DNA of 58,225 nucleotides, filler included, from Catajapyx aquilonaris (Eukaryota): NCBI GenBank assembly GCA_000934665.2. It is 3 parts of 3 records of this genome, joined end to end, with 100 filler letters (N's around TTAATTAATTAA, not from the genome) between each part and the next. Parts side by side here need not be neighbours in the genome. Positions count along the whole stretch, not along the records: positions 1 to 19,264 come from JYFJ02006501.1; positions 19,365 to 38,614 come from JYFJ02006502.1; 1 more part is not named here. One strand, given 5' to 3'. How positions within the stretch are numbered: the first letter of the stretch is position 1; each line of letters begins with the position of its first letter. Below are positions 11,451 through 22,300 of the stretch, piece by piece. Position numbers and translations under genes: made by a program. Below the pieces are notes generated by a model. That model ran no database searches. It was given only the letters and a program-made list of their open reading frames with translations, and was not told where the DNA came from.

Positions 11451-12825
11451 TCAGTGTGATGAGCCGGTTATGCAATTGTGGATTATTGGCACGATGATGT
11501 AGCAGTCTTGGCAGCTCTCATCCCGTGTCTCATTTACGGGGAATGCAATGCATTTTCGTGTTGTTGGTGTTAGTTTCCTGCCCGAGCGCTTGCGTGACAG
11601 TTCACTGGCAACGTTGCACTTAATTTTGGAGGAATCAAATGGGTGGGTGTAGAGTGGGTTTTTCTTCCTTGAAAAGCTGCACAATCAATGAAAAGCTACT
11701 TATTGTGGAAGAGGCCGTCGTTTTCAGGATGTTGGTTACTTTCCCAAATTATTCACTTTCCAGCAGCACGAAACAATCAGGGTTATTAACAGACAGGGTC
11801 TGATTTTGGAAAACCAAATCCTTCACCTCCTCCCCATGAACTTCTCCTCCAAGATATTTGTTGCCCATGCCAGGAACTATTTTAGTATTTTTCTTGCAAT
11901 CAGTTGATCGTGGTGCTCCGCCATCTTGTGCTCTTTCACCTTTTCGGACAATCTTCGTATAACACTTGTGCAAGGGGACGGCTAGGCGTTCTAACAAGCT
12001 TCTTCAGTTGGCCCAAGTATGTTTCGAATGGAAAGGCATCTGGACCGTACATTTCTGGCACTTCCTGGACAAATGTTTGAAGAGGTTTCTCAGATAAATT
12101 CACGTATCCATCAATTTTTACCCGTTCTGGATCGCACAAAATAGAGATGCCCACATTAAGCAGCAGAAAGTGTTTGTACTGCCTCCTGGCCAAAACATGG
12201 CGCAGTGCAACAGGGCCGGAGTACAGTAGAAATAGCCTCAGTTCCGTTGCCTTCCATCGGTCGACATGGTCAAGAGATCTAGGCTTCCGGCAGAATTCTG
12301 CTGGTATATGCGGGGCCAATGACACAAGCCTGTCGGATATTTCTTGAGCTGCTCTGTGACCAATCCTTGATGAATTAGGTCCCCTAAGTCACACCTTCAC
12401 AAGCAATCTCTTCGTGACCACAAGGCATACCAAATTCATGTGTTCAACGGGGACACGGCTTACCAGTGGCAGTCCAATGTCTGTCAATGGTGAGACACCA
12501 ATATGGTGGTGCTTGTTTTCTTGATTAAGGAAAGATGCGTCTGTTCTTTTGTTGGCGTTAAGTTTTGGGAACACAAGTCTCCTTAGGTTTCCCTTTCTGG
12601 TCACACTTCTCGCACCCATAATAACCTGTGTGGCCCTTGATGCACTTGACAAAGTCCCGGGCAGGAGCATCATATATTACCATCTCGAAAGTTACTTTAT
12701 ATTTCTTTCCTTCATGAGAAAAACCGTCACACAGAATTGTGCGAAGCGGTGTCACCAAATCATCCAGAAAATGGTCAATTGAGTCAGGCTTACTTTTCCC
12801 ATGATATAATGCTACTCGGCAGGTA
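11451..12825 (-). mobile_element. Second, different CMC/EnSpm-like transposase remnant
   Basis: ALYHGKSKP..DAPARDFVKCIKGHTGYYGCEKC..RTDASF..HH.GVSPL..HMNLVCL..PAEFCRKPRSL..RWKATELRLFLLYSGPV..AFPFETYLGQLKKLVR across several frameshifted ORFs. Confidence 0.9.
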
Positions 12826-13612
12826 TTCTTGAGTAGGCCTCCATTGCCGAGACCCCCCCCCNNNNNNNCCCCCCCCCCGAAGGGCGGCGAAATCTTGGAA
12901 GTCTTTGTGGCCAAGGCTTGGTATAATTTGTATCCCAAGAAATGTTTTGGATACAGGGCTTCAATCTGCCAATTCTCTATTGGGCCTATGCATAGTGGGG
13001 GGTTGTCACTCATCACAGAACACAAAGCCTGTTTTAAAGGCATGCCAGCTATATTCCACGCTATAATAGACCGTGGAGTTAACTGTAAACTCGCGGCACT
13101 ATGCACTGGGGTCACGATTGCTTGTAAGTTCACTAGGGATGTGGTAGTGAGCAAGGTAGACGGGGGGTCTATAAACAACATCTGAGGTGTTGGTCAAGGG
13201 TGTAGGGACGGCTTCAATGTTCGTCTCATGATCAATACTCGGAGGGCCACTGGGAAGCGATCACTTTTTTGTTGCTGGCACCCTCGATGTCTAGTCACCG
13301 GTCCTACTCATCTTGTTGGTGGGCCTCGCGTCCATTGGAGAGCATGACGGGGCTCGCTTGTTTAGGTGAACATTTCCGGTCCCGTTGTCTGGGTATCTTC
13401 CTCCCCACCGGTGGCACTTTGAGGGGGTCCCTCGAGGGTGACAAAACTGCCCTCCACCTTGAGCTTGTCACGTCGGGGAGACACCATTTTCCCCTCTTCC
13501 ATGAGTTTACGTAGATGAGGGATCAGCTTCCTACTTTTTCCCCTTGTTTCTGGGGAAAAATCCTCTGAGATCGAGATTGGGGTAGACTTCAGCTTGTGTG
13601 CCATCTTGAAAA

Positions 13613-13808
13613 ACCAGAAACTTCCTTATGTCACCAGTTGACACATTTACAATTTCCACTTGGACTGTGTTCAAGTCCTGTTCTACGGCCTCTCGTCCCA
13701 GCACAACCTGGCTAAGAAGCAGACTGGCTGGCAGGCCCTGCTTCTTGGGTAGCCACGTGCACTGCTTCTTCTCGGAGGTCAGCGTGACTCGTCCCCAAGA
13801 AGCAGCAG
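13613..13808 (-). pseudogene. Nucleoplasmin-like core-domain fragment inserted with an 8-bp direct repeat
   Basis: Flanked by CTTGAAAA at 13605-13612 and 13809-13816. The minus frame reads SWGRVTLTSEKKQCTWLPKKQGLPASLLLSQVVLGREAVEQDLNTVQVEIV, resembling the nucleoplasmin/NLP N-terminal core (GVTL..E...TW...L..KQ.LLG.EA.E.E.N.V.V). Confidence 0.65.
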
Positions 13809-14046
13809 CTTGAAAAGCGCGTCCCTGTCCTTAGAACGAGCACTTGAAAAGAATAGGTCGAACACCTCATGGACGGTACCGACCTATATGGTGGGTGCCA
13901 CCGTATAGGTCGGTAGCGTCCATGAGGTTCAATGGGGAGCGTTGGATTCGATGGTAAAGCGCCGTAATTTACCGGGGCTGTCGATGTCTTTACCTCCGTT
14001 TTCCCCTACGATTCTTGCTCATCCGGGGACAGGCCGTAGACCACTA

Positions 14047-16898
14047 CTCTGTAAATTTCTTTGAGTGGTTTTTAGCCCCATTTGAGTGATTTTTCACTCA
14101 ACCTTCACCTTAAAATTGGAAGCAATCAATTAGAGTTGTTTACTTGAGCACTTTTATGTCGCTCAAAATGTGAGCATTACTTGAATCAGTTTGAGCACTA
14201 CGTGACTCTATTTGAGTAAAAATTCTTCTCAATTTGAGTATTCTCAACACCTCAAATTTGAGTGGCTTACCTTCACTCGAATTCTGTGCGATCCTATCCC
14301 TAACCTTTTTCCTACAATACTTAGAATTGTTGCAGTATCACTACGAAAGGTTCATTAAGATAAACATGTATTATTTTCTCCATCATAGCGCTTATAATGG
14401 TTTAACTCGAAAATGGGCCACTTCATCAAAAAAGCAGAATTTATAATAGCAATACTGCAGCAGTCTTGCCATATATATGCAACACTATAAAATGTGCTGC
14501 ATGAATTCTTAGCAGCAAATAAATACAACACGTAAATAGGCCAATACCATTTATTAAATGTTCATATTATTTACATTTATACAACCAAATAACTCTTCAT
14601 GAGCCCTGGGGCTCCTTTCCGTATCAAAGACAATAATAGCATTATTGAAGAAAGTCAAAAACATGGATTTATAATTATAATTTGATCAATTTTATTGACT
14701 TTCTTGAACAGTAGGCTACTACATTGTGGTCTTTCATATATCAAAGACCACAATAGTACTGTTCAAGGAAGTCAAAACAATTAATCAAATTATAAGTACT
14801 GGTAACATAAATGTGACAATAATACCTATTAAATGTTCACATTGTTTATACAACCAAATAACTCATCATGGGCAGCCCTGGGCCTCTTTTCCATATCATT
14901 AATCCCACAATAGTAGTATTGTTCAAGAAACTCGAAAAAAGAATCAAGTTTTCACATAGTTTATGTTGAAGATGTGGTGCACTTTGATTAATAGGACCAA
15001 TGTTCCCACTTCCATTAATTTATGATCCAGGACCAAAAAGTATTTCTGTGGGGTTTTAATTGATCCACATACCAGAATGTATGGCTGAAGCAGCCCATCA
15101 CTTTTGTTGGCTGCCACCTCTTCAATATTTTCACCCACCTGAAGAACAATAATCCGCATTAGACCTTTACTATACATCAATAAAACATGGTTGAATGCAT
15201 GAATTCCACACATTTTAAAGCTAATTTTGCCTAATGAAAAAGTCATTGATATTAGAGAGCCTTATTGATATGCTAAGGATAATATTTTGTTATATCATGC
15301 TGTATTTCTGGAAAAAAATATGCCACTTGAACATTTATGCTTCCTTGCGTTTGTTACTTACCGGAACATATTTCGCTAGCGCTGTCCTTTTGACAGCCTT
15401 GCTTGACCTTCCCTTGCCTTTCCTTTTCCTTTACTTGGTTTCAAAAGCTCTAGCAGCAAAAAAAAAAAAAAAAACCTGCTTGCATGCCTCCTGCTGATAA
15501 AAACCATGCAGTCATATATCCAGATATGTAACTTAATTCATATAATAAAAGGCAATGAAATACCGTCAGGAATGTCACACACTTCCAACATAAGCTCGGG
15601 TTTGATTTTCTGCACATATTATGCAATTTGTGGCTCGGTTGAGCCTGCTGAATTCCTCATCAATCTGCAAGAGACAAATCTACAACATGCTGCACAAAAT
15701 AGGTAATATTATGTCATAAATTAGTGCACACCAAATAAGGATCCCTGTGTAACCCAAGCACCTGGGATATTTTTTTTTCCAAAATAATCTGTAATAGTTA
15801 AGGCTTTCTGCACTATTTCCTTCTGCCTGCTGACATGCGTTGATTCCGTGTACTTTGTCATTTGTTCCATGTTAGACAGGATTGGAGGAGAATACTTCAT
15901 CCAGTTGACCTTTAATGATGAACGTTAACAATAGTCACAATTCGCAGAGTGCACTAACTTAAAAAGAGGACGAAACATGATAGGTTCGTATATTATTTGG
16001 TGGTTGACAAGGTCACTTGAACTCGAGCGGCGGCAAATGAAACGATTTTTTATTTTATTTTCCTGAAGGGAAACGTGCATATAATTAGCGTTTTGCCATG
16101 CGGTGCGGGGGGAGGAATGCCACTCGGTGCATACTGTATGAGTTACACCAGGTCTATATTAGGGTCAATAATATGGGCCGTCAAAAGCGGTCAGAAGTGT
16201 CCAAGCTGGCGTGCAATCTGCCCTATATGATAATGCCCATTACAAACATCATTTCAAATTCATGCAACTCACCTGCTAGTTTTTGCAACACTTCTTTCGG
16301 GATATCCCGGTCCGGCTCGAGACTGCAGCACCTCAACCCTGCTACCCCAAGTTCTTCCATGGTGTAAGTGATTGCAGGCCGGATCACGAAATATGATGGA
16401 TGATGCGACAGCCCGCAATAGCCAATAGGGCAGTGGTCGAGAATGACGCAACACTGTACACCTCCGACTCGGACTAAGCATGGCGGATCTCTGATAATGC
16501 CGAATAGTGCTTACGTTTTCCTACAATTTGTGCTGCTCAGTACCTCCCTTGCTAACACGACAACTGACACAATACTCCCGCACTCTCCCAAGCAGTACAC
16601 ATGTGTACCTATTTTGTCACACAAACAATGGAACAAAAATGGATGTAATTATAGCAACTGCGGCACCCTAACCCTCTTGCGTATCATTGACGCGGCCAAA
16701 ACTCTAATTGAATGGAAAAGAACTAAAGGAGTGCAAAAGTTTGAGTGATAATCCTAGATAATTCACTCGTCCCTTGAGTTAAATGTGAATGCATTTGAGT
16801 GGGTAGTACTCACATTCCCCTTGAAAACTACTCAAATCGAGTAATTAACATCATTGCTCAATTATTGAGCGATTTTTCACTCAAAATATTTTACGGAG
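14047..16898 (-). mobile_element. Non-autonomous EnSpm/CMC-like TIR element (2.85 kb) carrying a decayed accessory gene
   Basis: Imperfect TIRs CTCTGTAAATTTCTTTGAGTG / CACTCAAAATATTTTACGGAG with TA on both sides and dense TTGAG/CTCAA subterminal repeats. The minus-strand exon QPYILVCGS..YFLVLD..KVHHIFNINY..FFEFLEQ lies at 14900-15140. Confidence 0.8.
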
Positions 16899-17279
16899 TA
16901 CATTGCTTCGCCGATCCCTGTCCTCCATGTCGACCAACCTTGTCTCCAGCGACCTGATCCTGTTGTGCGAGTCGGAGAGTTGGAAGCCCAAAACTTCAAC
17001 TTGGTCCTGGAGGTCTTGTATCTTTAGCGCTGGCTCCTTGGATTTTTCAGTAATGATCTTGGTAAGGTCCGCCTTTAGCTTCTCTGCTGATCCCTGGACT
17101 GCATCCTGGAGTTTGCGTTCCAATTTTCCTTCCAGAGAATCAAGCGGAGTCTGCATCTCGTCCTTAGTTATGCCCATTTTGACCGCACGTGTGGAAAATT
17201 GCGGGCAAAAAAAAAAAAGAGACCACAAAAGCGAAAGTGTAGCCACTTTACGGGAGCTAAAGAAATAGGCTGCTCTCTC

Positions 17280-19264
17280 TCGAAGCTATAGGAGCGAAGT
17301 GATATCTCCTTTTAATAAAATGCAAGGCCAATTCCAGGCATGCCCCCAAGGCTACGAACACATTGGATGATCTCCGACGGCTCCGAATAAAGCCTCCTTT
17401 CATTATTCCCTTAATGACAAGTTTAGGATGTGCGGACGCAGTCGTCACATATTGTATAGCAGCTGTAGGCTTTGTAAACAAACAAAATTCAATTTTTACA
17501 GGATTCGCAGTTATGTAAATCTGATGGTCCAGGAACCTAGCCATCTTTCCAATATCCCCTATAACCACCTTTAAGCCAGTAAGGTCATTAAACTTTTCCA
17601 CAAATTCCAATACGGTATCCCTCCAAGCCACAAAAAGATATCTAAAAAATCGTTTATAGCACGAAATATTACCAAAATTGCTACCAACAAATTCCGATTC
17701 GAATTTGTGGAAATAGATATCCCCCACTAATGGTGAAAGGGCCCCGTAGGTACTCCTTTGATTTGGCTGTATATAATCTGAAAGCTAATAGTAGTGGCTT
17801 TTAAATAGATATCTAATAGTTTTGAGAATGTAAGCACATCCATTTTTCTGAAATTTTTTCATTATTAAGTCATAAAAAGTTTATAACTTCCTTTTTAAGT
17901 CTTTCTAGAGGCAAACTGGGCTTCCACGTCCAATGTGGCAAGTACCATATCTGGCAAAAATTCTTGTGGTAATTGCGTAATAATCCCTGTAAGTTCATCA
18001 GGATTAAAAAGCCGGTATTGCACATGTCTCATAAGAGGTCTAAGCACCAACAGTAGCACGTCGTTCACTCTGCAAGTAATACTTCTCATACCATGAATTA
18101 TAGGTCGAACTGTTAGCTGTGAAATGTCGTTTGCAATTTTATGAAGTTTAGGCATAGAATACAAAGCAGGGACGACATATTTTTGACCATAGGGATTTTT
18201 ATCCCCCTTAAACAAGACATGTTCTTTACTGAGAAATGGCCAGTTTCAATATTCTTTTTAGATTGTAAGACAAGGCAGCACCAAAACCTCATCATTTCCC
18301 GACGAATACTTTCCAATTTTACATTGAACCACCTTGTCCCACCCAGGACATGTGCAATCCTAACATACGATCAAGAATTTAGGTGTTGAATCGTTTTTGT
18401 CAATATACATGTCGGAGTCCATTATGGTCAGGCCAGCATTTTTATCCGCAGGTTTGAACACTATTTCCTTCCCATTAAATTTATAAAGTCACTTCTCTGC
18501 ATCCAGAGTAGCAGTATCCTTCAATGGTGGTGCTTTTCCCATAACAGCCGCAACATACAATTCATCCTTAATTTGACCCATTACAAAATGCTCTGGATAT
18601 AGGATATTGGCTTGGGAACTTATCATACCCACATAGTTTTTGTGCAAACAACTTCTTGTTCTTCCCAAGGGAAGTTTGAATCACATCTCTTTTTTCCGAT
18701 GCTTTTATGGTGCCATGTAACCAATAATGTTCTATTTTTTGGGTTCAAGGTCACGCCAGCTACTGAGAGATTTGAATGGGTACTAGGAAACTGCTGTTTT
18801 TCTCGCATCAAGGGGAAGTGGCCAAAAACCGAAAGGTTGTGTCCCGCTTCCTGGCAACCATAGCAACAAGCCTTGTATAATGATGCTGATATAGATGATA
18901 GAAATATATGCGTTACCATGGGTACCCTATATATTTGCCCTGATGTTGTCTGTGGAGTCACCATGTTCTACTGTGATTGCATAGACCTTTGGTATGACAC
19001 CCTGGCCGAATTCGTGAGAGGGAGCGTGCCTCGCAGGATTGTTGCTTGCCGGTATATTCACGAATTATTTATAGTTAAATGGGGAAAACTACTGCGCGAG
19101 GCACGTCCCCTGAAAAGAATGCATCAGCTGTTGGAGCAGCCCACAAGGCTGCATCCGAATTAGTAGCACGTCACGTGATCGCGGTATCGCCTCTTACGGA
19201 GTACTACCGCCATCGTCACTGTTCCAAACCGCGAGTTCCAAACCTCCTGTGTCCTGCTCAGGTC
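17280..19264 (-). mobile_element. Penelope-like retroelement (PLE) reverse transcriptase, decayed
   Basis: IVFKPADKNAGLTIMD (18405-18465), LYSMPKLHK..VRPII, LATLDVEAQF, SQIKGVPTG, FLDHQI, LFTKPT..SAHP..KG. The assignment of 18620-19264 as the N-terminal region is less certain. Confidence 0.85.
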
Positions 19265-19364
19265 NNNNNNNNNNNNNNNNNNNNNNNNNNNNNNNNNNNN
19301 NNNNNNNNTTAATTAATTAANNNNNNNNNNNNNNNNNNNNNNNNNNNNNNNNNNNNNNNNNNNN
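19265..19364. other. Artificial contig spacer
   Basis: 44 N + TTAATTAATTAA (stop codons in all six frames) + 44 N. An identical spacer lies at 38615-38714. Confidence 0.97.
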
Positions 19365-22300
19365 CGAGCCAACTCCTGTGGTGGAAGAGGAGATTGAGGA
19401 GAAGGAAGCACCAAAGGAGGAGGCTCTCCCAGAGAAGAAATCCCCTGTTCCCACTGGTAAATCTTTAAAAAAAAAATCAATCATGAAATCATATTGCCTT
19501 TAAAATATTTATTAATTAATAATTTTTCATTGGGAATTTTAGAAGCCGTTCCTAGTCCAGAAAAAGAAGAGCCAGAGGAGGAGGAGGAAGAGGTCAAAGA
19601 GACTGTGGAAACAGTTGTGACCAAGACAGTGACCACCACAGTTGTCACTGAAAAAGTAGCCGAACCGACTCCTGTGGAGGAAGAAGAAATTGAGGTGAAG
19701 GAAGCACCAAAGGAGGAGGCTCTCCCAGAGAAGAAATCCCCTGTTCTCACTGGTAAGATATATTTTATTCATCAATCCTGCAATCATATTGCACTTAAAA
19801 CAGTTGTCCTACAGGTTAGGGGAAAAAAACCAAATTTTGCCGACAGGAAAACTTTTGGTTAACCAAGGATTTCGTTGATAGGTGTTCGGATAATAATAAT
19901 CGATGCTCCACCGTATTTCATAAGAACATGTTGGGGATAAAGTGAAATTTATCCACCTTCTAAAAAGAATCGACACCCAGATTGTCAGAACCTGCCTTTA
20001 ATAACATTTGAGAACCATTTTATTTAAGGATAAATGAGATAGACATAAGGAAATAAACTAATATCATAAAGATGACTTTCAATTACAAATCATGGCTCTC
20101 AATTACTCTGATAATGACTCTCATTTTGCGCCACTGTTGCTATTAAAATAGGTGTTTTGTATGGCTTTTACTATTGGACCTGGATTATGAGTTTGGCTGG
20201 AGCACAATAAAGGAATCCCCCCTTACAGCTTTAGCAATTAGAAATTTCAGTTCGTTATTGTGGCCATGAATTTTGATCGCTATTATTGTGGTTTCCATGC
20301 TCTGGGTGTGTGGTAGGTGGCATGACCAGGCCCCTGCAGAATATCAATCCATAAATTATTTTTTTTCCACATATCCGATCAGAATTTTTGATTTCTTATG
20401 TGAATATTGATTGTTGTGGTGTCATCTTGTAATAATTTTCGATTTTATTAATTTTTCCTCCAGAAACTTGTACTACTTCCATTGACTATGAAGAGCCACC
20501 ACAATTGGTTCCCCATCTGTCTGAACACCATCGTGCAGATACTTCTGATGTTGACGAAACCCATGTGGACATTCCATCACCGACTCTGGACAAAGCAAGT
20601 GTACATATATCCAAGGAAATGTCGGAGATTCCTGGGAAAGTGCCTGAAGTTGCTGGGGCAGTGGATGAAGTACCACAACATATATCACCAGTTACCTCAT
20701 CTACACCAGAAATCATTACTGGTTCAACCACATCTGCGATTATTACCTCCACATGCATAGATGGGATGCATGATGAGCCCTCACATAGCAAGGAGGTTTC
20801 AGAGTTATACGAAAAGGTAACTTCAAAAGAGACTGAATCAACAGTCATCACCAGACGTGGTGCCACATCAGAGAAGGAAAGGGAAGTGGGGACCACGCAA
20901 TTATCTGTCGAAGGTCATCCAACTCTTATGGCCTATAAGGTTGATGGCAGTGTGTCGTCTGGTTCTTCAGAGGGGAAACCGAAGGAAAAATCTACTGACA
21001 TTCCTCCATCTGGATGGATCATCGAGCAAAGAGAAGTTGTTGTTGAGAAACAAATACTTATAATGGATCAGTCACAAGTGTTGTCGGAGACCATCACTCA
21101 TGGTGAGGAATTTGGCACGTTTGCACCTGTCCTACCCACCAGTAGCAGCTCATATGTAGAAAGTAACATTCTCCGTGAGATGGAGGAAATGGTGTCCCAA
21201 GTCAAAGAAGCAGCAAAGGATATTAAGGAGGAAGTGAAAGAGATGGTTCCTGACATGACTCCCAGTTCAGAAGGTGATGATTTCATGGCGTCTCACTTTG
21301 GCCAGTCATCTTCAAGCCATGACATCAAGGGAGCAGAAAGTTCACCCACAGATGACTTGACGAGTGCTGTAAAATCAGTTCTTACTGCAGAGTCATGCCA
21401 ATACACAATCGACTCCAAACTCACAGAAACTGTTACAAAAGAGATATCCCATGAAGAGCAAATGCCAACTACTAGCAGCCATTATGGAAAGGCTGAACAG
21501 CAGGAGCCAGGAGGTTCATCCGTTACTGATATCCCTGGAGGAGATGAACCTGATTGTGCTGCTCACAAGGGTGAACAGGCCCCAAAATTATCCAGTGATC
21601 CTGAAGAATGTTGCAGTGGGTCAAGTGGACACTGCACGGATGGTAAATGTGCCAGTGCCACAACTGTGATTGACGTGCGAAAACCTGGCATTCCAAGTAC
21701 ATCTTCCCATGCAGCTGTTGAAGAAGGAAAGGAAAAGGATGAGGAAAAGATGGTGAGACAACCCTCGCCAACAGCAACATCACTGATTGTGTCAAGGACA
21801 ATCCGAGAAAGGAGAGCTGAACTGGTCAGGGAAATGAGTTGCCCTGGTCAGCCAACCCGTAGCCCTTCAGTTGAGTTTGAACGGAAGTCTCCTTCCTTAC
21901 CTGGGAGTCCAAGCAGGTCTAGGTCCAGGCACTCGTCCAATGGTATTTCCCACCTGATCACCTCTGAGGTCTTCACACGAACATCTGACATATCTGGGTC
22001 TATCGAAGTCATATACCATCAGCCTGATGCCAGTGAGTCCCTTCGCCGGATTGCAGCTTCCAGGACATCCCTTCACAGCACAAAGAACGATTCAGCAGCT
22101 AGTGGTGCCGATCCAGCTGAGGCATCCTTGAGTGCTGGCGATGCCACTGATTCCTCTCTGTCCGAGTCAATAGCCCTGTCCACTTCGTCTCCAGAACAGG
22201 AATCATGTGCAGACGTGTCTGATGACAACAAGGCAGCCATTTCCCCGCCTGGTCCTCCTGCCCCAGATGCTACAGCCGACGTTGCCACTGGTGCCCGGAG

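Larger units (their letters stand above)
12830..17260 (-). mobile_element. LINE 5' portion (ORF1p plus start of ORF2 APE endonuclease), split by three later events
   Basis: Removing 14047-16898, the inverted duplication near 13898-13928 and 13613-13808 restores MGITKDEM..DMEDRDRRSNVVVYGLSPDE..LPIE..HxIGRYRP.GVRPI..KDRDALFKMAHKLKSTPISISEDFS. The ORF2 start IIAWNIAGM..IENW lies at about 12950-13070. Confidence 0.85.

Noticed and set aside
12558..13181. 207-aa ORF as a novel endonuclease-transposase fusion protein
   Set aside because: Chance in-frame junction of a LINE APE start and an EnSpm fragment across an N-containing poly-C tract; both parts are decayed.
19265..19364. TTAATTAATTAA palindrome within N runs (also at 38615-38714)
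   Set aside because: Identical engineered spacer with stops in all frames. It is not biological, and no linkage between the three contigs should be inferred.
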